Of a stretch of DNA of 64,000 nucleotides, positions 11,306 to 24,337 are shown one piece after another (the stretch's first letter is position 1; each line of letters opens with the position of its first letter). The notes beneath the pieces are model-generated. The model saw only the letters and a list, made by a program, of their open reading frames with translations. It was not told where the DNA came from and made no database searches. Location of the stretch: assembly GCF_036321535.1 (NCBI RefSeq), contig NC_087436.1, forward strand, positions 39,992,001 to 40,056,000. Reading direction: 5' to 3'. The translations under genes were made by a program, and so were the position numbers. This DNA comes from Camelus dromedarius. Taxonomy: Eukaryota.

Positions 11306-14300
11306 ATTCTTGTCATGGAATTGGTTATAAGCCATGTTTCTTCAAGGTTTGGGATCTGGCAAATGAAGACATTATGTGACTTAGTTTTGTCCCGATGAAG
11401 TACCGATCTTGGAAGGGAGGATGCTGGTAGTCTCTTGCTGTGACAAAAGTTACTGAAATGATCACCTGTAGTCATTTGAAACAAAGTGACTAGTGCCTGA
11501 TTTTGGCAGACCACGTAGGACCTATCATGGAACAGTATTATTTCCAGGTGAGGTGTCTGCTTCTCAGTGTATTAAAGTTTCTGAGAAAGAAAGCAGCAGA
11601 GTTAGAGTTCACACAGCTCAAGTCATCTCAGAGAATGAGGTACTTCCCATGATCTCTTTTAAAGTATACTTACTGAAGCTCTGTGTCTCCTCTATCTAAA
11701 AGCAGATGTATGGTTTTGTTGACACCTAAAGCACCAGATGGGTTAAATTCATAGCAACGTCATATTTGTTGTGTAAAGATTAAGGCATTGATTAGGAAAC
11801 AGTAGGATGCTTCAGATTGGAAGGTTTAGATAATTCTAAGGGCTCTGACTCCAGAATGCCCTCATGTATCTCTGTAGCAGAAACATACTTTCTCCCTGTC
11901 ATATGAAGCTGACCCTGTGTTCTATGGAGATCCTGTTATGCTCACACAGCAAGTCATTATCTTGCAAGGAAATGTTACTGTACTGTACCTTTCCCAGCAG
12001 TTATTATCTCTTGACCTATTACTAGACACAGATCCCTGCATGTCCCATGCGTTTAATACAAAGTCAAATTCAGGAGGCAAAGTGTTGCAATGCCAATGGA
12101 GTTTCAAGACTTCCCAATTTATATTAATAATCCTGAGAAATAGGTGTGGAAATTAAGTGCTAGATAAGGAAGGGGGAGGATGTAATCTAGGTGGGACTAA
12201 TTTGTAATGAAATGTGCTAACCAGTGACTCTGGGTTCGGTTTGCAAAATTGATCATGGTGGAGCAATTTCATCTGTATGGTTGTTAAGGGAAATCCAGAA
12301 CTCGGTGATGGCTTACAAAGAATGAGTAGAGAGGACAGGGCAGTCTTAGATGTAATGGACATTAAAGGACTAAATAAATTAGGTAGATGGGGTGGTGCAG
12401 TGGATTCATCAAGAGTTACTTCCTCAACCACTTCCAAGATGATTTTCAGAAAGTACTTCTTTTACCAAGGCATCCAGAATACATGGTAAAGGGAAGCAGT
12501 TGCGTCCTCAAAAAAGGCTGTAATGGTAGTAATAAAGGTTGGGTATACCACTATTTTGTTTTAATGGCAGTACCTCTTATATTTTCTGTGTAGGTAATCA
12601 CATTTTCTCCAATTTTAGGTTTTGTTTTTTTTTTTCGCTTTCCAATGATTACATTTTGCTTCTCTTTTCTTATCCTATATGGCCAGTGTCTTTGGTATAG
12701 TGTTGAATAAAAATGTCGGTATTAAGTATCCTTATTTCCTGATTTTAAGTGGAGTGCTTTTAATATTTTATCCATAAATACATAAATAGGATATTTGCTG
12801 TGTTTTTTTATTGATACATTTATCAGATTAAAAGAAGTTCTCTTCTGCTCCTATTTTGCTAGGATAATTACCAAATGATTTTTTTCTGTATAAATTCCAA
12901 TAATCATGTGGCTTTTTTCTCTCAACATTTGAATTTACTGAATCTCATAAGGAGACCTCTTAAATTAAATTATACATCTATTCCCAATAAAAACTGATTG
13001 ATCATTATGCACTTACAGTGTATTGCTGTATTTGGATTGCTTATATTTTGTTTTTAGTTTAATGGTTTCAGGTCTTATGTTCAAGTCTTTAATCTATTTT
13101 GAGTTAATTCTTATGTGTGGTGTAAGATAGTTGTTGAGTTTTATTGTTTTGCATGTGGTTGTCCAGTTTTCCCAACAGCATTTATTAAAGTGACTATCCT
13201 TTCCCATTGTTTATTCTTGGCTCCTTTGTCATAAATTATTGAAATGGGGTCCTTAATTTTAATGTAGGTGTTTAAGATATTGGTAAGAAAGGGGCCAGCA
13301 ATCCTACTTAATAACCAGAAAAAAGGGAAAAATTGTTGTCATTCAGTGTAGTGGCACGGGAGTAGTAACTGGAATGGTCAACTGACCAGGGAGTCCCTGG
13401 GATGTAAATAGGCCATCTTAAAAGGTCCTTTTTGATCCATACAACATCATGAACTACAAATCTTGTGACAGTCTTGATAGGAGTCACAATGATGGAGAGT
13501 CTTTTCCTCTTACCTAATCATTGTCTTCAGTCAGGTTATGAATCTCAAGTCCTCTGGGGAGGCCTGGTACACACCCGAGTACACACCATAAATCTTTCTC
13601 TTGATTGTCAGTGAATTTGCCAATGTCTTATTAAGAAAATGAGCACCTGGGAAGGGAAAATATGTAGAACTTCGGGGGAGGATAATAGATTTTGGCTTTA
13701 GATAATACTAGTTCTTGGTGATTAAGAGGACTAGTGAGGGTCAATATAGTATGCATTATTTAGGGGGTTTTAGGTGATAACATTTGGACTAAGAACAATT
13801 TTAAATTTAGTGTGGTGTTTCCCAGAAACTATTTTTTTTTTTATTTCCCTCATGCCTGGATGTGATCTGTTTTCTCCAAAATTGGTAGACTTATTATTTG
13901 ACTTCCAGATGCCTAGGGTTAGGGCTATTAAAGTAGGGAAGGGAAAGCTTTGAATCAATAATTTGAAAAAATACAGCAAAGTCAATATTTCCTTAGGGGA
14001 AAATCAGATATTAATATCACCCTAAAAATCTTGGAAGAGGAAATGTTGATTATTCCTACTGCATCCACATTTTACTTGCCTGTTTGCCCAAGATAGAATG
14101 TAGAGAAATGACAATCATTTTGGTGGCATTTTCGGTGCTTAGTACAATTTCATATACAGTCTTTGTATTGGAGCAAATCAACATAACCTCTGTCATCTGG
14201 CATGTGGCAACAGGATTTAAAAATGTTTTATCCATCAAAACCCTCCAAGATACTAGAAGCAATACACTTCACCTGGCAGGTGTGGAAGTGACAGCTTTTA

Positions 14301-15095
14301 CTCTTAGATCTAATGACCCCTAGTCATGAAAACATTAAAGAGGGAGCCATTGCATTGGCTGATGGTTAGTCCTGATCATTGCAGGGAAAGAAAAACTGCT
14401 GTAACACAGCTGGACAAGGGAACTATGTCTGGAACGTAGGATCCATAACACCCTAGAATTGTCACATCCAGTAATAAAAGTTAATTAAAAGACTTTAACA
14501 AAATAATTCAGGCAGGGCCACTAAGACACATTTTTCAGGAATGAATGTTTTGTTTATTTCACCAAGCAAAAAGTCCATCCAACTTAAAGCTGAGGAAAGG
14601 AGGAACATGCAGTTGTAATGTAGAAAGGAAGTTATAAATACGAGCTGTAGCCTTGCGACAGAGTGAAGAAATAAGGTGTATAGGAGTGTGATAGCCGCCT
14701 GTCTGTCTGTCTCCCTGCTTCCTTCCTTCTCTCCCTCCTCTGAGAGTGTGTGTGCTTATTTATGTTTGTGAGAAAAAGAGAGAGATGTGGTGTAATATAG
14801 AATCTCTCTATCAAGAGCATATGCTACATGTACGTGCTGTGTAAACTTATAGTTGGGCCCACAGGTTAGAGGTATTAAGAGGAGACTGTGACTGAAGCCA
14901 GGGCAATGAATATTATTCAGAGATGAATGCCATGATTGGGAAATTGGGTCTTTCCTTTTGGAAAGAGTGTGAAGATGTTGTTATTTTATGCAGTCTGGCT
15001 GTGGTATTTTAAGCTGGAACGTGTTATTACTAGCATGGTACACATTAGGTACAGGAAGAAGTCTGGGAGTCCTGCGAAGTCATCAGAGATGTGAA
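11306..15095 (+). mobile_element. Decayed ERVL internal region (gag, pro/RT start, dUTPase/pol end), interrupted by L1 at ~12595-13238
   Basis: Gag-like aaagattaaggcattgattaggaaacagtagg. RT relic VLEQINITSVIWHVATGFKNVLSI (cf. ERVL LLEQINTSPGTWYAAIDLANAFFSI). 14340-14680 follows the ERVL dUTPase/pol C-terminus (cagtaataaaagttaat..., tcaggaatgaatgttt..., aaatacgagctgtagccttgcgac). Confidence 0.85.
12595..13238 (-). mobile_element. L1 ORF2 fragments inserted in ERVL gag
   Basis: agaagttctcttctgctcctattttgctag; gtttcaggtcttatgttcaagtctttaatc...ttcttggctcctttgtcataaat. Confidence 0.85.
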
Positions 15096-15691
15096 GTGTG
15101 GCATGTAGGTTAGGTGGGTCCTCACCCATCCTGACCCACTTCTGGAGGGTCATCTTGTACCACATATCCTGACAAGGTAAATGCCAGGTACTTTGTAACT
15201 AGTGTTCCATATGTGTGAGTTGTATTCCATCAATCAGATGCTGTTACACAAGACTTGGGTTTGGAATCTAGTCATGACAGGGGACCAGGGGCTACGTGGG
15301 CCACTTCTTCTGGTGGCAGGAATAGCCTGGCCAGTGTGATGCTGGGGCCACCAGTCATGGCATCTGATGTCTGAGTGACAGGTGAGGTGGAGTGTTCGTG
15401 GAGCCAGTGGTTGAGTTGGTATCTCCACTTTCCTAATTGTTAAAATCTGGAATTGCTTATATAAAAGTAAAAAAAAATTATTAAAATTAATTATAGGAAC
15501 TCAGATGACTGAGTCTTTTGCTCATACGGCTCTAGTGGGTGGCATTAAAAATAGATTCCTTACGCTGTTTTTTTAATTGATACTGAAATTTAATTTACCT
15601 AATTTTTATATAACATCTTACCAAGTGTCAACACATCTAATAGATTTATCAACAATATACCTTGACCAAAACTTCTGAATACCAAATTATA

Positions 15692-16119
15692 CAGACATAC
15701 CTCATTTTACTTTGCTTTATTGCACTCCACAGATACTGTGGTGTTTACAAATTGGAGGTTTGTGGCAACCCTGCCTTGAGCAAGTCTTACTGGTGCCAGT
15801 TTTCCAACAATACTTGTTCACTCTGTGTCTCTGTGTCACATTTTGGTAATTCTCACAATATTTCAAACCATCCTCCGGCAAAAAGATTATGACTTGCTGA
15901 AGGCTCAGATGATGGTTAGCACTTTTTAGCAATAAAGTATTTTTAAATTGATACATTGGTTTTGTAGACATAATGCTATTGCACACTTAATACAGTATAA
16001 TATGAAATTACTTTTATATGCACTGGAGTACAAGAAAATTTTTGTGACTTCCTTTTTGTGATACTCACTTTATTCGAATGGTAGAGACCAGAACCTGGAA
16101 TATCTTTGAGGTATGCCTG
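15692..16119 (+). mobile_element. Internally deleted Tigger1 derivative (Tigger1a_Art-like), 428 bp
   Basis: TIRs cagacatacctc / gaggtatgcctg with TA on both sides. The two halves match the two ends of the Tigger1 at 559-2903, joined near 15868. Confidence 0.94.
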
Positions 16120-16675
16120 TAATTATGTCAAATGTCTTTTGCCTTTTAAATACTTACTTTTAGCTGTTTTATGTATATAATTGTATTATGGAGAAAATTT
16201 TTTTAAGTAGACACTCTATTTCATATAATATGGTAATTACATTTAAATATCACTATAGTATAAAGTGTTTTTATATATATCAACTTTGAGTTTTTTTGGA
16301 TTACGGACCTGTGAAATGTGATGCATATGTAAATATCATGTGTATTTTACAAAAAAAAAGTAATGAAATTCAAGAAGTTTCTCTCCTACAATTAGGCCAT
16401 AAAACTTAAGAGTGAGAGACTTCAAAGTGTATTTCACTGCTTTAACAAAAATTTCCAGGTTTTTATTAAACTCCAAAAAAAAAAACCTAAACAAAAAAAC
16501 TTCTTAGTTTCTTACAATTTTTAAATGCATCAAAACTTGTTTATGTATAATAAATATAACTGATTAGAAGCTCATGATTTATTTTTCTAAAGTTGCACCA
16601 TATATTTGACTCATCTGTATCATTATGTGTAATAAAAAGTGATTTTGTTTTGCAGTATTGAAAAGTAAGTGATTT

Positions 16676-16989
16676 TTAAAGATTGAAATATGGTTTACAA
16701 TGTGTTAATTTCTGGTGTACAACATAGTAATTCAGGTATACACTTATATATGTACATATTCCTTTTCTTGTTCTTTTTCATTATAGGCTATTACAAGATA
16801 TTGAATGTAGTTCCCTGTGCTATGCAGTGGGACCTTGTTTATCTAGTTTGTATATAGCAGTATCTGTAAACCCCCAAACTCTCCTAATTTATCCCTCTAC
16901 CCCCTGCCCCTTTTGCCCTTAGTAACTGTAAGTTTGTTTTCTATATCTGTGAGTCTGTTTCTGTTTTGTAAATAAGTTCATTTCTGTCA
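16676..16989 (-). mobile_element. Short L1 3' end insertion
   Basis: ggtttacaatgtgttaatttctggtgtac...gttccctgtgctatgcag; TSD gaaaagtaagtgattt / gaaaattaagtgattt. Confidence 0.92.
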
Positions 16990-18405
16990 GAAAATTAAGT
17001 GATTTTTTAAAATGTTATTTGTGACTGTATCAAAACCACCTGACTTTTTTTTTCCAGTAATATTGAGAAATCACGTACCCAGATAGATGAACCACTAACC
17101 TATCATGGTTTGGAAACTTTTACATTTTTATTTTTACTGTTAATTTTATTACTCCCTCCAGAATCATTTTGCTAGATACTCAGCAGTCATTATCTCTGTA
17201 AATGAAGTATACCTAGGCAGGTAGGTAGATAGTGCAGAAATTTGACACACAGGTATGTTTAAAATAGCTACACAGAAATATGACTTACGTGGTAATTATG
17301 TTTTTCACTATTAAGAACTTATTGTTGCTGTATTAGGATGGAACCTGACACACTGCATGGAAAATACAAATAATCATCAAGATTCAGATATACTTCCCTA
17401 ATGACTTCATAGGACCTGCCACAGACTAGATGTTCACTAAATGTGAACTGAAAGTTTATGCAAGCTACCTTTGCAAATTATGGTCCCTATCCCCAAGCTT
17501 ACACAGAGATAAAATAAACCACTGATGGGTCTGATTATCTATTGAGTACTTTGTATGGCTCCTTTCATGCAATAAGCACTCAAGTGATTTCTTGTTAACA
17601 AATCGCAATAACCCACACAGCCCTCACTTATCTTTGTCTCAGTAGCAACAGACTATATTTTCTTTCCTATATGATTCAATTTATTTTGTAAAATAGTCAC
17701 ATGAGCACCCCTCCATTTCTTTCAGTCTCTGAAGAGAAAGCAAAATATAAGGAGACACTAAACTCAAATTGAAGTCTTTTATTTACACAAGTTATGGGGT
17801 GTATGTGTGAGTATATGTGTGTATACACATATACAGGTGCAAACATATATATAATTTTAGGAAAATAAGATTTTATGCTAAAGGGCAGTCATTGTCACAT
17901 GACGTATTTCAGTGATACTAAGAGCAAAGAGTTTTATAATGCCTTTCCTGTCATTTGTAGAAATGCTTTAATAGGAGAAAAATGATGTATCTGTTACATA
18001 TATAAATTGTTTATAATTCTATATAATTTATAAATGTATATTATTTATAAATTTCAAATTTATTATAGATGTAAAATAGATGTAAAATATTAAGGCAGAA
18101 AATATGATTAAATAGGTACAATTAGAAAAGAGTACAATGTTGGCATAAACAGGGTACTGAGATATGAAGAAAGATATTTATTAGTAAAGTCATCTTCAGA
18201 ATGAATGTTGTCATTACTTGCTTTTTATAAATTAAATAGTTTAGGCATGCATAATTATTACTATGGATTTATAGACTTCAAAAAAAGTGCTTATTATGTT
18301 GGTATAAAACTTTGGGAATAATGAGAATTTAAAAAAATAAAACGTACTCTGAAGTTTGTTTGACTTGAAATGTTTTAATAGTTGGGATTTAGCTATGAGG
18401 GATAG

Positions 18406-18931
18406 TGTTATCAGTTCCAAGCCTGTACTGTTTGCCACATGACAGAGCAATAATCGAGAGATGAGTTGTTGGGGTAAGGCATAATGACTTTTTTCAGAAA
18501 TCCAGCAGATTGAGGAGATGGTAGACTAGTATCCCAAAGAATCATCTTTCCCGGATTTGAATGCTGGTTTCTTTTATAGAACAGAGAGGAAGAGGTGAGG
18601 AGGTAAAGTTTAAAAAAGAAAAAAAAGGCGATAAGTTATTGCAAATATTTCCTGGTTCCAGTCACATTCTGGGGGAACATTTTAATTTCTTCTTTCCTGC
18701 AGCCATTCACAGATGGGCCTGGTCAGGCTGTTTCCTGTGAGCTAAACAAAGGTATTTTAGCTTAACACTCAGTATAGGAGGCAAGGTTCCAGGAGATGGG
18801 CCATTCTGTGTACTCTAAGCTATAGGAAATATCCCTTTAGTGATTAACTCATAGCAAAAGCAATAGAATACAAAGGTTGAAGTGAAAGAAACAGATCCAT
18901 TATGGAATCAGATTTGTTCTTCCCTATGACA
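18406..18931 (-). mobile_element. ERV1-class solo LTR
   Basis: tgttatc...ctatgaca with a perfect 4-bp TSD ATAG (18402-18405 / 18932-18935); related to 8599-9188. Confidence 0.9.
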
Positions 18932-19999
18932 ATAGCCTGTTATGGGGAACACATAGTTTTTGGTAAATAGTCTTTTGGAAAGTAAAAGTACGATGTCTTG
19001 GTTAACGTTGTGAGCCAATAAATACTTGGTGAATCATATTTTTGTTTTTTCTAATTTATCAGAAAATAGGGATATTACATAATACATGCTAATAGGACTT
19101 TTGCAAAGGCACTTCTCCAGGGACTAAGCCTTTTTAAAAGTAGGATATTCTAACAATAGAATATTTGTCCTTTCTAAAACCTGACTGAAATGACAGAACA
19201 ATTGGTTAAATCAATTCACTCAGTCTGAAAAAAACCAAAAAAACAAACCCTTCTGTTGAGTAAGTGCTTAAATCATGCATACGTCAGTGATTAATTAACT
19301 GCATTTTACATTTATTGATTTATACTTTAATTGTGAAAAAGCAAAATTAAATAAAATATTAAGCATTTAATTCCATTTAAAATTAAGTTTCGGTTCAGAG
19401 GAAATACTACTACCACCTATCATCTGGCAAAATCCTGATTTTAAATAATCCATAAATCTTACATTTAAAACAAAGGAATAGATAGAGGGTGAATGGAGTG
19501 TCTCTAGAACTTGAATGTTTTCTTAAGCAATGAAAATCTACATTTTTCTCTGCATTCCTTTAAGTGCCAAGTTTTAGCAGAGTAAAGGGACAGTAGTGTG
19601 AAGTGAGCCGTTGCATTTAAGTTGTTTAAGAAGAGCTTAAATCAAAGAAAATATGAATATCCTTATGGGGACAGCTATCAGTTGAAGCAGCGCATGAAAC
19701 AATGCACCAACACACAGTTTATCAAGAACAGTTGATCTACATTAAGGCAAACACAACAATCATTATATTCATTTTAATTTTAAATCATGAAATATGTCCT
19801 AAGAAGTGATTATTTGAAATGCATCTTATTTGTCCCTGCAGACTTGCCTTAGTAAACCATTTCTTCCCCTTTCCAACTACACTTCTGAAATCTATCTTCC
19901 TGCCTGTATACACAAACCGTCTCCCAATGTGACCGTGAGTTCCAACCACTAGATTACTTCAAAATATTTTTTGGTAACAAAAATAACTGTATTGCTTTA

Positions 20000-20076
20000 T
20001 TTAAAAATTTATTGAAGTATAGTTGGTTTATAAGGTTAATTTCTGGTGTATAGCACAGTGATTCAGTTATGCATAT
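20000..20076 (-). mobile_element. Very short L1 3' terminus
   Basis: tttattgaagtatagttggtttataaggttaatttctggtgtatagcacagtgattcag; possible TSD tgtattgcttta / tgtattacttta. Confidence 0.8.
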
Positions 20077-20194
20077 GTATTACTTTAAATTAGTTTCTTA
20101 AGCTACACTCACATGCAACATTTTCCAATTATTTTAGACTGACTTTCTCTATTTTATTCCTAACATATGTAATAAAGGAAAATTTCTTTGCCTT

Positions 20195-20497
20195 TATACA
20201 CATATGCTCTTTTTCCTACCCAGAATCTTTCCCCCACTGTGATGCCTCAGTCTTCTATGACTTGACTCAAAAATCAACTTTGGGAAACTTCCCTTGGCTG
20301 CTCTAGGCAGAGTCAAGTGTTTTTGCTTTATTAATTTTGTTTTATTTCTTTAGTTTTCTTCTAGATTCCTGTAATTCTTTTGCTTGAGCCTCCTACCTGG
20401 ACTTTAAAATGTGAGGGCAGGGACTTTGTCATCTTTGTGTCTGCAGCATTTAGCAAAGCAACTGCCACAATATAATCACTTAATACATTTATTTTTA
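20195..20497 (+). mobile_element. L2 3' end
   Basis: gtgagggcagggactttgtc...agcatttagcaaagcaactgccaca...acttaatacattt. Confidence 0.75.
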
Positions 20498-20670
20498 AAA
20501 ATCCTTGCTAGTAAGAAGGAAAAGGAAATCATGATGTGAGCTATAGTATTCTCGCTATGAAGTTGCATAGCAGAAGTAATGTTGAAAAAGGCAGAAAAAT
20601 ACTTCATTTGTGCAGGGCTTTTCCCCTAACTTTGGGGGTATTCATTACGCGACCCTAGCTTACAACATTT

Positions 20671-20745
20671 TATATGTATACATATGTATGTATACACACA
20701 CACACATACACACACATCCACCTACATATATATGTATATATATAA
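20671..20745. repeat. Mixed TA/CA simple repeat
   Basis: Seen directly in the sequence. Confidence 0.85.
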
Positions 20746-22197
20746 ACTCACTGTGATTTAGGAGAAAAAAATCATGCTAGGTAGTATTTTGGTAGAATTT
20801 AATGCTAAGAACACCATTCTAGTGTGATTGCTGGTTAGTGTGATTGCTGGCTACATTTCCATTAGCAGTGATAATGAACAACAGAAACTTTAAGTTGTCA
20901 CACAGCTGACATATGTTTACTGATATTTCAGGGAGATCAAGCATTTACTTAGTATTTCTCTGCACAAAGGCAAAGTCCTAGAGAATCTTATTGCTTTGTT
21001 CATGGTCAAGCTGAATGGCTGAAAGATAATTAAAACAGTAGTTTGTCCCATGGCAGACTAAAAGAGTTATCAGGGAAGGTTTCATTACTTCTCATGGTTT
21101 TCCTAAAAACAAATCCCTTATGATTTCAGCTGTGAAGATATGCTGTCTGTCTGTGTGGTGGCAACTAAATGAGTGTCTTTCTATATGTGCCTCCACCTTA
21201 GTTGGTTCAAGTAAGCACTATGTCTTTTTGTTTCCTAAGCCAATATGTTAATATGTGAAGTTTGCCTCTAATCAACCGAGGTTCCCTGTTGTCACTGACA
21301 CTTACATGTTTAACTCCACTAGCTACAGTCCTATGATGGTATTTATGTCTTATTTACCTTTCTATAATAGTTTCATAATGAACTGACTCTAAAGACTTTA
21401 TAATCAGTACTCTGATCCAAATCTCAAGTACCAATGTCTTCACTATTTATAGCAATGATTTCCATAGGATTTTTATTTTTCCCTGAATTTCAGTCTATGG
21501 TGCTTACCATCACTAGCTTATTTTGCTTGACATTGCTTTTATTATAGTATTCTCCTGCTTAAAAATGTTGAATGTCTCTTATTGTCTGAGAGATGAATTT
21601 GAAACTTTTATTTACATCTTCTCTCTTCTCACTCTTGATCAACCAAAATGTCATTGCATCTTCTCAATGGTACTCGTATATGCAAGTTAAAACCCTTGAT
21701 TTCCCTATTTTTTCCACATTCCTATTCCTGAGTCTTATGCCATTTTTCCTTCAATAAACTGTTTTTGATCACCCAAGACCTAGATAGATTTGATTTTTTT
21801 ATAGTATTTCTTGTTTGCACACTACTTTGGCAAAAATTGTAAAATGAATTCTAAAAGCAGTTTTCTTTTTAATTGCATGACATATCTCACTTGTATTTTA
21901 AAAAGATGAGGTGGGAGTGATCCCCACTTACAATATATTCTGTACAAAGTCAGTATTCTTAAATATTAAGGTTTTTTATAGGGCCCCTTTCATTCCCCAC
22001 CATTACTTTTCTACCTTCCATTGGGTGAAAGTTTATATCTAGAGAAACAACAATTCCTGAAACAATATTTAACATGAGAAATGCTAAGTTAACTTATAGT
22101 TTAATGTGTTAAGTCCTCATCCTTCCAAATTAATGAAAGCTGATGATACTGTTTTAATAACTTTTACATAAGATTCTCTAAAATATTTTTCAGCCCA

Positions 22198-22790
22198 TTG
22201 CCATTACGCCAATTGTCAACTCATTGCCCTCCAGCTCCAAATAGAACCTCAACTACTTGCTCTGTGATACTGGAACTGAACTCTGTAGATGTTCCTTCCT
22301 TGCTAGCTGGCAAAATGCTAAGCTTTGTCAGTGTAGGGTGCTGGCAGAGAGGAAGGGCTTTCCTGTGTGCTGCTCCAGGTGGATTTCCACAGGGAGAGAC
22401 TTCAGTGGCACCTCGCCTGCAGTAGGAGGGTCTGAGGATTTTTTTTTTTAATTTATTGAAGTGTAGTTGATTTACAATGTTGTTAGTTTCTGGTGTATAC
22501 AGAAACCAAACTTATGGTTGCCCAAGGGGGAAGAAGTGGGGAGGGATAAATTAGGAGTTTTGAAGTAGCAGATACAAACTGTTATATACAAAACAGATAA
22601 ACGACAAGGTCCTACTGTATAGTGCAGGGAACTATATTCAATAGGACAGTCTGGGGGTGTTAATGAGGAACATAGATTGCTGTTTACCGTCCTCATCTTG
22701 TCAAGTAATGGCACCCTGCCAATAGCCTACACGTATGAAATTCCAGAGAAGAAGATTCTGAAACTTTACTCTTAAAAAGAATCTTTTCCT
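22198..22790 (+). mobile_element. LTR41-like ERVL LTR, interrupted by L1 at 22439-22641
   Basis: tgtcaactcattgccctccagctccaaat...ctctgtgatactggaactg...gctggcaaaatgctaagctttgtcagtgtagggtgctgg; the right boundary is uncertain. Confidence 0.65.
22439..22641 (-). mobile_element. 5'-inverted (twin-primed) short L1 insertion
   Basis: 22439-22500 is the antisense L1 terminus with poly-T and 22501-22641 is sense L1 3'UTR. TSD taggagggtctgagg / taggacagtctgggg. Confidence 0.85.
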
Positions 22791-22899
22791 GAAAGGAAAC
22801 CCCTAATCTTACTCTTTTAGTTTATTTTAGTGTTTTGTGTGTGTGTGTATGTGTGTGTGTGTGAAAGCAGTCATTATTTTTTATGTTGTCAGCTCTTAT

Positions 22900-23870
22900 A
22901 TAGTATCAATTCACTTTAAAGATTTTTTTTTCTGTTATTTCCTGATCTCTCTTTAAGTCAGCAATCACTGCCTGCTTTTGTTTAGCTGTGATGCATTTAA
23001 ATACAATTTTTTCTTTTTCTATTTTTAAGATAGTTTACTTTGTATTTTAGCAATTTGACTATAATGTGCTTTAGTTTGGTTTTCTTTGTGTTTATGACAC
23101 TTCTGGATAATTGAGCTTCATGAAACTGTGGGTTAGGATTTAGTTTTGTAAAATTTAGAAAAGTTAGGCCCTTATTTCTTCAAATAAATTTTCTGCAACT
23201 TCTCTTCATTTGACACTCCAACTATATGTAAGATCTGCCTCTTGGATAATCGCACAGGTAGCTGACACTTTGTTTACCTGTTGTTTTATTTTGAATATTT
23301 CTTCTCTTTGCTTTAATTTAGAAATACCTAATGAATTATCTTCAGTTTTACTAATCAGTATTTTTGTGTCTAATCTACTTTAAAGCTCACATTGATGTTT
23401 GTAGATACATATTTTTTAGAGAATACTTTTCTTTTATAATTTCCATTTACTTCACTCTTAGTTTCCGTTTTTCTTCTGAAATACATCATCTGCTAACTTT
23501 TAGGTCTACTTGATCCTGTAATTAAAATATATACATGTATTAGTAATAATTGTTGCAGAGTCCTCATCTGCTAGTTCTAGTAATTTGGTTGCCTGTGCTG
23601 ATGCTTTGTGTCCTTTCTCCTGATTCCATGTTATATTTTTGTTTTTGTTTTTGGTTTTTTTGGTTGATGTTTCCCATCAATTTTATTACTTATAGTCACA
23701 ACATTGTATATAAAATAACTATATATATTGAAGCAGAATATTTCTTTGTTTCATTCATGTATCAGAGAGTCCAAGCTCTTTCCTCTGTGTGGCAATTTGG
23801 GTGGGCAAGTGAAGTTTGAGATTCCTTCTAAAGTCAAGTTGATTAGATCTGAACCATGTATTTAATTAGA
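22900..23870 (-). mobile_element. Old L1M ORF1-region fragment
   Basis: caatttgactataatgtgc...ttgagcttcatgaaactgtgggtt...ttatttcttcaaataaattttctgc. Confidence 0.75.
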
Positions 23871-23987
23871 GCCCCTACCACTACTACATTGTTTGGAAAA
23901 ATGTGTGATGTGTGAGGCCTTTTTTGGGAGGCATCTGAATGAGATGATAGGCATCCAAATGATGAGATTTGGAGAAAATTCAATATG

Positions 23988-24208
23988 TTGTTGACCCTTG
24001 AACAACAGAGGTGTTAGCTGCACAGGTCCACTTACATGGGGATTTTTTTTCAATAAATATGTACTATAATACTACACAGTCCACTGGGTGGTTGCATCTG
24101 AGAATGTGTAACCATGGATACAGAAGGCCAACTATAAAGTTATCTGTGGATTTTCAACTGCATGGGATGTTGGCACTCCTAACCCCCACATTGTCCAAGG
24201 GTCGACTG
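23988..24208 (+). mobile_element. Tigger2-derived MITE (Tigger2a_Art-like)
   Basis: TIRs gttgacccttgaacaa / ttgtccaagggtcgactg followed by TA. Confidence 0.9.
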
Positions 24209-24337
24209 TACAAGTAAAATAATCAAATGAGAGATTTTTAAAAATAAACAAAATAAATTCAGCTTGATAGAGGAATATTTAATACAATCAAAAGAGTAGG
24301 GCAATAGAGAACAGAAAAGAGACAGATTGTCTCCTGG

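Noticed and set aside
14084..14323. RT-like ORF as a functional reverse transcriptase
   Set aside because: It is a short, heavily diverged, frameshifted ERVL relic with no catalytic DD motif retained.
8599..18931. The two ERV1 LTRs as ends of one 10-kb provirus
   Set aside because: Each has its own distinct TSD, their cores differ, and the DNA between them is unrelated (ERVL, L1, Tigger, unique).
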